A stretch of 62,079 nucleotides of DNA, counting the filler, from Choristocarpus tenellus KU-1152 (taxonomy: Eukaryota; Protista; Phaeophyceae), in assembly GCA_964200185.2 (NCBI GenBank). It is 11 parts of 11 records of this genome, joined end to end, with 100 filler letters (N's around TTAATTAATTAA, not from the genome) between each part and the next. Parts side by side here need not be neighbours in the genome. Positions count along the whole stretch, not along the records: positions 27,978 to 31,133 come from CAXNAD020021901.1; positions 31,234 to 35,744 come from CAXNAD020014222.1; positions 35,845 to 40,775 come from CAXNAD020012488.1; positions 40,876 to 44,946 come from CAXNAD020016381.1; 7 more parts are not named here. The stretch is one strand, 5' to 3'. The number at the start of each line of letters is the position of its first letter. Within the stretch, counting starts at the first letter, position 1. Positions 28,084 to 41,514 of the stretch are shown here, one piece after another. The notes under the pieces were generated by a model. The model worked only from the letters and a program-made list of their open reading frames with translations. It was not told the DNA's origin and searched no databases. The position numbers and the translations under genes were made by a program.

Positions 28084-28231
28084 CTACACCAGGTTGTCCA
28101 TTTGGGGCATAACCAGGAAAAGTGCACTTACATTATCCATTCGACATATGCAACCAAATCACACAAAAATTGCGACATAAAAAAATTGACCCCAAATGGA
28201 CAGCCGCCATCCCCCCCAGATACTTTGAGTC
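28042..28231 (+). mobile_element. MITE family A copy
   Basis: poly-G then TCTACACCAGG..AGGAAAAGTGCACTTACATTATCCAT..CCCCAAATGGACAGCCGCC..CCAGATACTTTGA, shared with the copies at 29669, 56759, 58335 and 60891. Confidence 0.8.
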
Positions 28232-29668
28232 AAAAAGTAGTACATATTATATTTGCAGTACAATATTCTGACAGCAAGTTTGAGATGGGGACAGATCAGA
28301 CAAATGTCGCACACCTGAAGGAGTGAGCTCCATCTGTGGGTGGTTAATCACTACGCAGCTTCCAGGGCCGTAACACATCGTCCATAAAATGTTGAGGTAC
28401 GAAATTTGAAGGAAGCACAGGTCAACCACTCGCAAAGGTCCATGGTCAGGGTTCAATGCTTAACTCGTGGATGTAGAGAAAGTTATGTGGGTAAGAGCTT
28501 ACATACCCTTTGTTGTGGTTCGGAGTACAAGGCATTTGCCTATTCCTGGGACAACCACAGCAGTAGGAGGAAGATGAAGTGCAAGGGTCAAGGATTATAG
28601 GGAGTGTGTAGATTGTATGCTGTGTGATAGGGAGAGGGACAGGGTGGAGGAGAGTTCGATAATAATACTCGGATTACAACTTACGAGCACGATATCTTAC
28701 CAAATGACCGAATTTCGTATAGGCCGGGTCAAAGGCACTCAAAGCAGGGCAAGATTTATCCATTCAGGGCGAAACGTGTCATCTTCCTTTGCCGTAATGA
28801 GCCGATGAGTCAAGTCCTTGCAAACAGGACTTGGTTATTCGTCGTGCTGATGACTGTGTTCGGAAATTTTTGATGGGATTTAGAAAATTCCATGTATTTT
28901 CGATGGTCCATCAATTTTTTACGAGTCCAGTCCACCGTCCATCCGGACCTGTCCCACATTTTTCTTGAATATCTCAGGGCATGTCCACTAGGTATTGAAC
29001 CAGTTGAAGTATATATGTCCGGTTGGGTCCCACAATTATTTAACATGTCCTGGTCCATTTCCACTAGTTTTTGAACCGGTTCACACCTCTGAGTACACAA
29101 CTACTTTGCTGTGCTTGTTTGCCATCATCTATGGTACACTTCAAACATTTTTCTCAGTAGGAGTATTCCAAATGATACTCTGTGGTATACTAAGGATGTT
29201 CGTTTTTTCCGAGTATGTCATTCTTCCTGCTTTCGTAACGCAACCACCACCCCTAGTGACATGTCTTGATTTCCTGCCCTAGGTGCTATGCTCTTCCCCT
29301 CCCACTACCGTAGGGCATTAGGGTTGATCTACTCAATCTACTTTGCACAATAGTACTACCTACTCCGTACACCCTGTTCAACTGCTAAAATAGCACTTAT
29401 GCCAGCACTGACTGTGTCACCCGCAGCCTCAACCTCTTGCACGGGCCCATAGGTGGCGGGCATATCCTCCCGTTGTCTGCTGCCCCCCACGTCTCACCTC
29501 TTTCCTATTACCAATGCCCTATCTTCCTGCAACACCTCGTACACAATGTGGAAGGAAGGAAAACTTCTCTCCTCAAGGTGTAAAATAGGAGGAACTTGAG
29601 ATGGTTTAAGCAATCCATTTCGTGAACTTGGGGGAGTGCCCATGTCATGCAGGCATACAGCATGACCT

Positions 29669-29895
29669 GGCTCAAAGTGTCTGGGTAGGGGGNNNNNNNN
29701 NNAGCCAGGCCCGGGCTAAGGGTGCTGGGGTGGGGGGGGGGGGGGTCTACACCAGGGTGTCCTTTTGGGCCCTGACCAGGAAAAGTGTACTAACATTATC
29801 CATCCGACGCATAAAACCAACTAACCCAAAAAACACGACATGGAAAAATGGGCCCCAAGTGGACAGCCTCCATCCCCCGCCAGATACTTTGAGCC
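29669..29895 (+). mobile_element. MITE family A copy with TIRs and 4-bp TSD ACCT
   Basis: GGCTCAAAGTGTCTGG...CCAGATACTTTGAGCC flanked by ACCT at 29665-29668 and 29896-29899. Contains a 10-N gap. Confidence 0.8.
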
Positions 29896-30208
29896 ACCTC
29901 CATCTAGTACTCAGCCTTGACCATTCAATTCTTAAGTTCAACTGTAACACCTATGGTTATGTCATAAAGCAGTTGGCTGCACTTAGTTTTGTGGTACGAA
30001 ACAACAAAAACAGAGTTCATTAATGCATTCACCCATAGTGCCTCCATCGTAGACAAATATGACAGTCTACTTATAGTTTTGGTCCAGCACCTGAACCTCT
30101 GCGATGTTTGTTGCATTGTTAGGGGATCAAAGGGACGTAATATTTTCCCTCTCAACTCAGACACAGTCGAAACAGTCTGACCACCTTGACAATTATCCTG
30201 GTCAGACG

Positions 30209-30326
30209 TGTGCAAAATAGGACAATAGTGAGGTGTACCTTATTTTGTGTATATGAGATTATCGTGTTGAGTTGAATCCATGATAGTACATCCAGATTAC
30301 ATATGGAATTTGTTTATTATTCATTC
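30209..30326. repeat. Dispersed repeat, inverted copy at 54332-54468
   Basis: TGTGCAAAATAGGACAATAGT..ATGAGATTAT..GAATCCATG..GGAATTTGTTTATTATTCATTC matches the reverse complement at 54332-54468 with indels. Confidence 0.7.
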
Positions 30327-31040
30327 CCTTTCGCTACTTTGAAATAGATAGCGAAAACAAAATAATAATAATAAACAATGAGAAGACACCCCACAAAGGT
30401 CACTCTTCTAATTTCAACCATGTAATCACGTTCAGCAAAGAAAGGGGGTCGTGTGAGGCTCCACACCTTTTCTTCACTACTAACAAATAGCATTACCTCC
30501 CAAGGTAAATTTGCACAAGACTTCCTTAGATCCTATACACAAACCCACATCAAGAGCATATCCCACAGACACGACTCAATCAAGAGTTTCCCTGTTGCTC
30601 CTCTTCCTCTGATCTGGTTTTTCTCTGCTCTATCCCGGTGACAACAAAACTCTTGGAAGTGACCGGGTGAGTGTTAGAACCCTCAAGCGGCTATGCTTAG
30701 CTCTCATCATTGAGAATGTTCAACACAATGAAGGTAACAATACATCCTTGACGAAGGCCTGGCTTGACCTTAAACCAACTCGAATTGGGTAGATGATCAA
30801 CTTAGCAGAGTTACAATAGTAGTGACTATCGGGACCAGACAAAAAAAATCAATGATTGCATTAAATGCGAGCAATCCCGCTACACTGTGCTTGCTTGATA
30901 TGTGAAGTCAGCTAGTAGCCGGAAAAAAATTATCCCTTTATGCCTTCCTTAGCACATCCCATTGATATCAGTATCTTTGTTCTCGTGGTTGTTACGCTTG
31001 TGACAGGATAAAGGTACGGCTGTGAAGGGTCGAAGTATCT

Positions 31041-31075
<35 letters not shown>

Positions 31076-31442
31076 GGGTCGGCAAAACAATCTTTTTTTT
31101 TGTGACAATTCAAAAATGAACCCCGACAGAAAANNNNNNNNNNNNNNNNNNNNNNNNNNNNNNNNNNNNNNNNNNNNTTAATTAATTAANNNNNNNNNNN
31201 NNNNNNNNNNNNNNNNNNNNNNNNNNNNNNNNNATTGGTTTCCCCCCTGATACATCTGCAAAATGTCAAGAGGGCATAATAATAAAATAAATATATATTG
31301 TAGGACAAGAGATAACGTAAACTACCGATCTGTTTTTGTGTTTTTGTGTTTTTGAATCCAAGAACTGGTGTTGGTAAATATGTGAAGGGAAACGTTACCC
31401 TGAATTGGAGTTACCACATTTTGAGACGTCAAGTCGGGATTG

Positions 31443-34400
31443 ATGTATTGCTTGCTGGCATTCAGGAGGTCATGGGCGTTCGTGCGTCGGGTACGACTCC
31501 GTCCTGCTGCCGGAGAATTCCTAAATTATGGAAAAGGAAGGAGTGGAGTATGTCAGGGTCTAAAAATTTCAAGTGGTTTACCCTTGAAATTTGTGACGAC
31601 CTTGACCTCCGTAAGCGATAAAGGTAAGAGTAGAAGGCAACATCATTCTTCTGAAGAAGGTTTTGATTTTTCTGTTTATATCACTAACCATAGCTCTATA
31701 AATGTAGTGGCCCGTCAATTTTCTGATGAAACATTTCAACGTTTGGGGCTTCCTCTTTTGGCTAGGTGAGGACCAATCTCCACCTGGCATGGAGGACATC
31801 CTCCTTCATGACCGATTTCTGTCCGCGATACGGGAGCAAAATTCTAGCAAGGCGGTGGAGTGCTTCAGTAGAGTGGCAGCTGCTGGGGGGCCGCTGGTAA
31901 ACCTCCGTTTGCGACAACTCTTGACGATGCTTGTTGAGATGGGTTTAGTGATCGATGCCAGCGATCTCCTTCTCAGCACCACTAGCGGCCTGGAGTTGCG
32001 CAGCAATGACCTGGCAGTAATTGTGAGTAGCTAATGTTATATTTAGCAAGAAAACTGCTGAGCTGCATTTGTATCACCTTTCTTGATTGATCATATGGAA
32101 CATTCGTGTGGAGCACGATCGACTAATCCTTTGTGGGTATAATGGAGTGGTGCTCCCAGCAGATCCGATAATTGACTAATGTAGTACTTCTGTTACACTG
32201 CAGTCTGATGAGCATCGAAATCTGTTGTGTCGGAACTGCTGCCGAACGCTGGCGTGGCATCTGGTCCCTGCATCTTTCACTAGGCTGCCTTCCTCTGTGT
32301 TACGGATGCTTGCCTATCGTGTGGACACCTACGCCGGGCATGGACACATTTTGAACATGCGGCAACGTCGGGTGTGCTGCTCGACGTACTGTTGTGTGAA
32401 GAACTGGCTTCAAAACTGTTTGTGGCGGGATTGGAAGGAGAGGAGGAAAAAGGCGAAATGGGAGCATGGAAGGTCCTGGACTACACGCGTCAAATGGGCA
32501 TGGTCCACACCTCTGAGGTATGCGGGAAGGGACAGAAATTGTATAGAAAGAGGTCATGCAGTATGCAGCCTTAAGAAACGGGATGTAGATGAGTGCCACA
32601 TTCAACGGCTATGGAAAGCTCTGCTTTTGTACAGTATGTATATTTGTTTTTCTTAACTCCTTGATGGGGACTTGCCCATCAAGTCTTCTAGGTGTCGGTG
32701 AATCCAAATATGGACGCTAATGTAATCCACAAGGTTTGACCATTGTGCATAATCCTTGGTGTGTACTGTCAAGAAAAGGCTTTGTCGTTGCAGTGGTGCT
32801 TGTTTTGATATCACTGTACCTTTTTTTGTATTTTCTTCTCCAAGTTCACTACACCGGGGTTCTGTTTTCAGAACTCGGCTCGTTTCATGCTCTACGTTAT
32901 ATATATATATATACTGGGAGGGGAAGAGTTGCATGCTTGGGGGGTCAAAAGATTACAATAAATGAGACTATGGATCAACCACACTGGAGACTTTGAAGTG
33001 TCTTTTTTGTAAGACTTTACTTTCTCAATGCACGTATGTGTGTGGGAATTAGGAGTGTATTTTTTTTGTTCCTGTAGAGCTCTTCTTTGTTATCTATTGA
33101 TTACAATACACGACCCAGTCTTTGCTAAAGGGGTTGTTGACCATGTGTTCTTGAGTCACACCATTTCTGTAATGGAGACCCTACAAACTGTTTAGGATGA
33201 ACATAAAATGTTGAAATGTTGTTGATATTCTATTGTGTTTCGATGCCGACAAATAGAATGTTGAACTGTTATAGCAATTTATTTCTCGTGCAAGCAAGTG
33301 CTGTGAGCTTATTTTCACAGCAAGGTTGATGCTGGTTGTGTTTACTTCAAGGTCTCGGAGTTGCATTAACCTAACTTCATAGATTGCAAACGACCTCGCT
33401 ACCGAGTACCACTGTTCGGCTCAAGGAAATATTGGGAAAGGCGTTTCCAGATTCTGCTACTCCTCCACCTAAGTACCCAACCCGCCTGACCAGGTGTGCA
33501 ATACGGCCCTGTACTGTGCGACAGAACTGAAGGACCTTGGCTTTGCTCTGCGCATGCTCACGTACATGAAAGACTTGGGTCTGGAGCCAAAGTCAGATGT
33601 CTGCTTTAGGCTTTTTCATGCAGTTTGCCTCAAGCTGGAGTTAGCAGATGTGGAGGCGTCACCACAAGAGGTGGAAAAAATGGGTGAAGATGTTGCTGGG
33701 GCTACAGATGTGAAAGGCGGTGACAACGGCAGTAGCGATATGGCGCGGGGGGAGCTGCTGGAACTAGAACGCATTCTGGAGGGGTGTATGAAGCTTGAAC
33801 CTGAAGAGGGTGCAATTAATTTTGCGATGGAAAAGTTGCCTCTTCTGGATGAGGTAACTTGGCCGTTGTTGTTCCTTACTGCTACATACTATTCAATTGC
33901 GTCTCAAGTATTTGTTGAAGTCTGGTTTGCTCAGCCTGCTACATCCTAGTACTATTGTCACATGTCGCTTGTGCAAGCGATTGCCATGATAAGGTTGTCT
34001 GTCACTCCCTTGGTAACTACACCACATTTGTTTCTGAGTCTGTGCTTCCCTCCTACCACCTGCCAATATCCTCCCTGTACTAACCGAAGTGAAGTGGACT
34101 CTGAAACCACTTTCAATACACGGGTGTCGTTTTTCTATCCATCTGACTGGCACTTTGCCGGCTGTGGTTTCCTGCAGGACGATGATATAGAAGATGAGAG
34201 CGGTGTGCAGTGGGTCCAGGTAACTGTCGTTGGCCCCAAAAAGACTGGGAGTGTGGACAGCCTCAACATGGGCGAGAGAGAGGATGAGGTCGAGGTAAGG
34301 GATGCCCCTGATGGGTACTACGATGACCCGGAAGAAGCGGATGGTCTGGACTGTAGTGAGGTGTGCATTGTGGAGGAAGACCTCCGGGATGAAGGAGAGA

Positions 34401-34960
34401 GTGATGATGACGATGACAGAGATGATGGCGTGGGCGTCCCTGGCAGCCCAGAAGAACATGGTGATGTTGCCATGGGTCCTGTGGTTGACCCTGCAGGTTC
34501 AGCTGATGGAGATATGCCGGCAGTATCGGCAACGATGGCAGTGGGGACTAATAGTGGGGTGAATGATGGTGCAGACAGGCATTCCTCTTTGGCTAGTGGT
34601 GGAAGGATACAAGATCGGGCCTTTGATCGAGTTCCCTTCCATGCAAATAAAGAGGTGACGAATCCCATGGTTGCAGGTGGAGGAGCCAACTTGGTCAAGG
34701 CTCCACAAAAAGAGGTGGAACAAGAGGACCAGTTTATGCATCAGCGACCAGAAGAAGGGTGTAATTGGAAAATGGTCTGTGATGGTCATCTTTTTGATGG
34801 GGACCTGTTGTCTGAGCTGCAAGTGCTTCATCCCTTATGGGGGTTGGGAAAGCTCAAGGCGGGTAGACTGCTTGTTGACAGATTAGTTGATCCAGAAGAG
34901 GACTGTTTGAATGCAGGAGTCCAAGGGGGGGGAGGGGAAGATCCTCAGGAGTGTAGATAG
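31443..34960 (+). CDS. PPR-like helical-repeat protein, probably mitochondrial, with acidic C-terminal region
   Basis: Exons 31443-31623, 31766-32022, 32284-32517, 33494-33853, 34178-34960 join in frame. Arg-rich N-terminus MYCLLAFRRSWAFVRRVRLRP. PPR-like units, e.g. VCNTALYCATELKDLGFALRMLTYMKDLGLEPK and FLCVTDACLSCGHLRRAWTHFEHAATSGVLLD. Confidence 0.7.
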
Positions 34961-35844
34961 TGCAATGGGGGTTGGTGTTCAGGTGTTATTTTGTAGGTTC
35001 TTCTTGCAATTGATTCAATGGTGTATCAAGGTATCCACGCACTGGGAAGCAATAGAGTGATGACAGGAAGGCATGAGTGGATATGTAGTATAGCATACAT
35101 TGTTTCATTGTTTCCGATTTTTACTTGTGTTTGGTCATCATACTCTGGTAATCTTGGTCATCCCATGAAAAGTATTAATATGGATTAGATAAGATCATGC
35201 GCACCTGCCATGGGATGTATATATATATATATGCCTTAGTGTATGAGAAATATGATTGGGTAGGAATATGATCCAGCAAGGTATTCTAGCACTCCATTGT
35301 TTGGTCCAGAACTTGGCCCTCACAGAGCTAACACACTGTGATACTGGAGCAGATGAAAAGCTTTGTGTAGCTCAATACGGTAGGGGATGAGTACTGTGAG
35401 GATACACCTGCCTGTGCGAGACAGGTGTTGATTGTAGCGATGGTGCAGCTACAAAGTTGGTGCATTGCTTATGTTCATCACTGTTTGTGGCGCCAATTTT
35501 ATCACAACAGATACAGCCGAAAGTCCTTTGTTTATAGTGCAGCAGCTTGATGCTGCTCTTCCCTTTGCAGAAAAACCTCGTTGTTTCAACTATGTTGGGA
35601 ACGGTCGAACTTCAAAGACGATTTTTTTCCACAGTAGTAGCAGTGAAGACTGATCGTTCTTTTTGGGGGGGATTAGTGCTAACATCCACCTTCAAAAAAG
35701 ATGGGGGGGGGGGATTTTTTATCAAATGTTTCATTTTTTTTTCTNNNNNNNNNNNNNNNNNNNNNNNNNNNNNNNNNNNNNNNNNNNNTTAATTAATTAA
35801 NNNNNNNNNNNNNNNNNNNNNNNNNNNNNNNNNNNNNNNNNNNN

Positions 35845-38800
35845 AATGACGAGCTGTCCCAAGTGTGTGGGATTGGTCTCGCGAAGAGATTCATTGGTTT
35901 CATTCTGACGGAAGGTTCGCCAGTGGAATCATGGATGCTTGACAAGGAATCTCAATCGGTACATTGGTATAACGGTATACGACATACGGTAATAATGGTA
36001 TAACAACAGACAAACATGCTGTCCACATCACTCCCCCCTTCTGATCGGCCTTGAAGTCATACAAACATGATTCAAGGTCAACCAAAAAGTGAGCTCTGGG
36101 AGCGAAATGAGAAACATGTGTGACTGTTAGTGTACTATTGCACCATTGTATTACACGACTCCATTAATACAAAATGTAGTGTAATATATAAACGAGGCAC
36201 ATAATGAATATCTGATCAGGATAACATTAGCCTAAGGTTGATGGTGTGAGGTCAGCATACCAATCAGGCTTACGAGGTCTGAGAGTATGGGATCAGCATA
36301 TCAATCAGCCCAAAGACGAGGCGAGAGTTATATGTGGCCAACATACAGGGTCTCAATTATAACGTATAAAACAGAGGATACACTCAGAATGGGGATACTT
36401 GGAGCAAGCATTATATACGATGTCAACAAACAGTTTGACTAGTGTTTGTGTTTCGACATTGCTATATGGGTGTTATACGATGATTTGATCACCACTCCGA
36501 TGCGTGAAAACAACATCGCGTGTTACATGAGCAAATCAACACAGCAAACGACGAGATCAAAAGTGTACACCCACTCTCCTTCCTCGATTCTGACGTCGAT
36601 TGGAATATTGTTCACGACGTCTACAATATTCCAAGTGGACAACTCGGATGTACGATGTTGGTGGCTCAACTCTCCTAAAAACGATACGAGGTGACTGTAC
36701 GGTCATTACATTATGTCGGGGGAATCATGCCACATGAAATAAAATATAAATAATAAATAACATGTATGGCTCACCTGAAGTCTCCATCTCTTTCCTGGTA
36801 GACTTGAATCTTCAAAAAAAAATTGTATTAGGATGGAGTTAGGCATTTCATGACGATCAATAAATCCATTTAATGAAAACGTGACATGATGTAATGAACA
36901 GCCACCAGTAGCACACATGTGCTGCTAATGTATGAGTGTGCCCAGTGATATGGTCTCTTTACCACCGCATGTGTCCACTCATGCGAACGAGGAGAGTTGA
37001 GAGATAAATTAATTGTATTATTAGTTTATCTAAATCCACCAACATTTATCTATAGTCTATTTGCAAGGATTGATAAACCTGGTAAACACGAGGTGCCAAG
37101 TCAGAGCTGGACGTGAACAGATTAACTGACATCTGTTACCAGTTATCTCATCTCTTGTACAAAACGATATACTATATACCCATCTACGACAAAATGACAT
37201 ACAAACGATTTGTCTATACTAGATGGACAACCTATGTAAAGGATTATAGTATGTGGGTACCACGAGATCTGACCAAGAGAAACTAGTCTTAAAAAATAAG
37301 TACAAAAACACCCGATTAAACAAACAAACAAAAATAGCAATATCTGTACCACACATACACACGATAATATCTTTACTGAAGCAATAGGTTACAACATGAT
37401 GGCAATGCATGATATGCAGACTATGCAAAGGAGTATGATAATAGTTAATACGAATTCTCAAGTCAACACCACAAGGGAAGAAATTTTTTCTCGTTATCCA
37501 ATCCATTACTACACGATAGTAGACTGCAATGATTTCACGGCATTGTGGGATCTGCTCTATTCTTTTGTGAAGATTACAAGACGGTCCATAGCCACAAAGA
37601 CGAAGGCGATAGATAACATTAGTGGACGAACAACGACCAGGACCAGGTCTATGTACAACAATGCTATCAATAGTGTATTGGCCAATAACAAGCTGAGAGA
37701 TTTGATAGAATGCATCTGGTAATGGTAGTGGCTTTCCCAGAAAAAAAAAATAATCCAGTTCATTCAAATCTGGTGTGGGAGGTTGGGCTTGAGGATAGTA
37801 GCGTTTCGTTCTACCCAGATGAACGGAAAAGGGACGTGGGTTTCCAGTTAATACTACCCTGTATACGATGGGTGATACCTTGGCAAGTACTTCATACGGA
37901 CCCCCCTCCAAGGGTGAAGTAACTTCGGATTCGGACCATCAGTACTCTCATGTGGCCTATGGACTAGAACTCGATCACCAGGTACGAAAACGGGGAACAC
38001 GAGACGTTGGTTGAGACGCTCCTGATTTTTAACGTGTTCATGGAAATTATGACGTGTCAACTCAATCCAAGCTGTAAATTATCTTGGTTTGCTGAGTAAA
38101 CTCTTCAGTAGTGATATCTGAATCAGCATTAGACGAACCAAGGATGATGTCAACAGGTAAACGAGTTAGTCTTCCAAACAGAAGGGAAAACAGGGTTTCA
38201 TGCAACTTTGCACTGAATGCTGTGTGTTTTGGGCTAATTGTACGAAAGGCAATAACGATGTCCCCAGTTATCCTCAGCAACAGAGATACATATTGCTATC
38301 ATAGAATGCAACATAGCATGTACTCTCTCTAACACAGAATTTTCTTGGGGGTGATACGGTGTGGTTTTGGTTTTCTTGTAACCAAAGACAAACTGCAACT
38401 CTGCAACAATATTGTTTTCAAATTCGGTACCTTCATCAGAATGTAACGACTCAGGTGAACCAAAAATTGAAAATGCACGTTCTACTAGCGTACAAGCAAT
38501 CGTTGCAGCCTCTTTATTTCGAACAGAGCTCAGCACAACAAAACGAGTGAGGTGATCAATTGCAGACAATACATAGGCGCACATCACACCATTTGCTGCT
38601 GTGGAACGTGTTTTGTACTCTACCAAATCAATAGCAACACGTTGAAATGGTCTATCGATGAGCATATGGCCACTGGGAAGCGTAGGTTTCTTATGAGCAG
38701 TGTTACGCGTTTAGCATGCTTGATAATCACGACACCATTTACGAATGTCGATATTGAATATTGGCCACCAATACGAGTCTCTACCTTATCGAACGTGGAT

Positions 38801-40380
38801 TTGAAACCTAAGTGGCCTCCAGACAATGCATGGTCATGACAAGCATGGAGTATAAGACGGACTAACAAGCGAGGAACGACCAACTGATCTCTAAACGTGC
38901 TCCTCTTTCGAAGATGGCCTGGAAAATACGAACGATACAGTAAACCATTACGAAGGAAAAAATACGACATAGACGTCGTTGATTCCTTATCAAGTGGTGG
39001 GGTGACGTTGGGGGACTGCAAATACCTGAAATATGGTCCGAACTCGGATTCCTGCTCCTTGCGCAATTGCTCCGGACCCACTGCAGGAAACACAGTAGTG
39101 GAACTAGTAAATAGTTCACAATCACTTTGAACGGGCGTGGCTTTGTCAAGGTTAGAAGCAGATAACTCATATTCCTTTTGAACACGTGTGGTAAATGCAC
39201 GATTTCCTTCAGGTACATTCCGATAAATTGGTGCCAGCATTGGAGCAACGGATTAATCCTGTTCCTCAAACTTGAAAATACGAGGTAGAGTATCAGGTAT
39301 AACATTGAGCTTCCTGCGCTTGTGTTTGGCAGTGAAATCATAAGCTTGAAGAGCAATAGCCCAACGAGTAAGCATGTTACTGGTATCCTGCATTCTATAT
39401 AAGTAACACAATGCGGCATGATCTGTGATGCAGGAAAAGTGTTTACCCCAAAGATATGGTCGCCAATGAGTGACGTAGTCGCGATGAACGCTGATACAGC
39501 ATCACCGAACTTGGCCTGTGAAATGGCCACCTCATAAGCAGTAGAACTTCGAGGTGGGACATGTTCTTCCTGAAAGAGGACCTGACGAGTGTCACGATGG
39601 CCTGAGCTCACACGATGCTCAAGGGTCGATGACACGGGTCTGGCATGAGCCTGACGATCTGTTGGGGGAGAAGGAGGAGAATCTCGTCTACGTTTGTCAA
39701 GCGTTATGTTGCTAGACGAGTCAGAGTCGATATTGGTTGAAGAATCCAGGTCTTCTGTACACTCGTGACCTTGGACCTCTTCCTCTGACGTTCTGGATGG
39801 TTCCAGACGTGGAGTCAGGCGCTCCTGTGTACGATGTTTTCGCGTCGATCTTGAGTTCGGCATCTTTCGTCCATAGTCAAGCAAAGAAATTCCCCGTCAC
39901 CCTATTTCTGAGGTCACCGGTACCGTGACACCGGTACCGGTGTCACTAATGTGAATCGTGTGATTCTGTGGCAGCATGGTTCACTCAGGCAAGGGTAGCG
40001 AAGAGAATCACCGGGCAAGATGGACCAGACGAACAAAGACGAACCGTAACCGAGGGTAGGAGGTGAAGGTTGGACAAGTGCAAATTGAGGAGTCATGAGC
40101 ATCTTCAAAGAAGGGCCTAATGACTACAAGTCAAGACGTGAGAACAAAGTGGATCTTCCATGTGTGACAACTCTGAATGACGAGCTGTCCCAAGTGTGTG
40201 GGATTGGTCTCATGAAGAGATTCCATGGTTTCGTTCTGACAGAAGGTCCGCCAGTGGAATCATGGATGCTAGACAAGGAACCTCAATCGGTACAACGTTA
40301 CAACGGTATATAGCACACGCCGATAACGGTATTACGACAGACAAACATGACTTCCACACATGGACTCAATCCAATGCTAT
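35845..40380 (-). mobile_element. Degenerate Ty3/Gypsy LTR retrotransposon(s): gag-like region, RNase H C-terminus, integrase, chromodomain
   Basis: Frameshifted pieces: HWRPYLWGKHFSCITDHAAL..LTRWAIALQAYDF (RNase H, ~39500-39300), HACHDHALSGGHLG (Zn-binding), RPFQRVAIDL..IDHLTRF..SLHSDEGTEFEN (rve core), GPYEV (GPY/F) and YTIDSIVVHRPGPG..YRLRLCGYGPS (chromodomain-like). 35845-36030 is a diverged direct repeat of 40176-40360. Confidence 0.9.
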
Positions 40381-40875
40381 AATCTCAGATACATAAAATA
40401 GGGTACACCTTACGATTGTCCTATTTTTACACATTCCCCCATGACATTGGAGGCAATGAAGGGTTGTTGGAACTCTCAAACCTAAATATATGCACTACCT
40501 CTGTGCCATATGTTTGTGCCCTGAAACATCTGAGCTCGCCGAGCGAGAACGGCGCCGAATCGGACGATAAACCCAAAGAATGAAATCGGGTTGACAATCT
40601 CAGCTTTCAGAAAAAATGGGGGTCCAGGATCATCAGGTACAAACTCGAGGTGCTTGAAGCCGTCAAAGTAGGGGTCTTTTGGGGTGATTTTGAGGTCAAA
40701 ACTGGGCACATCGAGGGTCAGAACGTTGGTATGGCAACCCCCCCGTCGACCCCCCCCCATAGGAAGGATGCTCAANNNNNNNNNNNNNNNNNNNNNNNNN
40801 NNNNNNNNNNNNNNNNNNNTTAATTAATTAANNNNNNNNNNNNNNNNNNNNNNNNNNNNNNNNNNNNNNNNNNNN

Positions 40876-41046
40876 GAGTCATTTGGTATTCTGAGTCATT
40901 CAATGTAAGGACTGGTGAGCCCCACCTAGTGAAGGTATCTCACTCTCTTCTCAACTGTGGTACAAGCTAATAAACAATAATATAACTAGTTGTGTGGGAC
41001 AATAGATCGTCAAGAACAGCTTAACACTATGGCATACTTGGGTGGG
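40876..41046 (+). mobile_element. Short LTR (5'-type, truncated by gap) followed by putative PBS
   Basis: Near-identical to 52690-52838. Contains AATAAA, ends TTAACA at 41026, then TGGCATACTTGGGTGGG at 41030-41046. Confidence 0.6.
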
Positions 41047-41253
41047 TGAAAAAAGCAAATGCTAAACTCTCAATTGTAATAAAATCCATTATCATCTCGT
41101 TGAAATTCACGGCACAAAATAATATCCAATCTGTACTAGGTATTGGAGAGACTGATCACCATCCATAGCATTTTCAACCACAGTTTGATCACCTAACTTT
41201 GCTTATTCTTATGGGTTCAACTCCGGTCAAGATCATATTTTTTTTCAAGAAAT

Positions 41254-41514
41254 GAGTGAAAGTATCTTTGAGGGTACGAGTTTGCCCTATTTGTCCATTT
41301 GGAGCTTGGCGTCCCACGTCTTTTATATGACATTTTCCTACCCCAAAATGTTTCGGAGTAGGTAAAATGTGTATGATATGAAAAATTGTGTCCAGAATGA
41401 GGATATTGACACTTCCTAACAAACAAGATAGCCAAAAATAAATCAAAATCGCAACATTGGGTTTTGGCCCCCGAATGGACCCAGCTCTACCCTAACCCTA
41501 AGATACTTTGACTC
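41254..41514. mobile_element. MITE family B, complete 261-bp copy with TIRs and 4-bp TSD AAAT
   Basis: GAGTGAAAGTATCTT...AAGATACTTTGACTC, with AAAT at 41250-41253 and 41515-41518. Confidence 0.85.

Noticed and set aside
28330-29300. Protein-coding gene or LINE fragment
   Set aside because: Stops in all frames and no motif I can identify; probably a decayed repeat.
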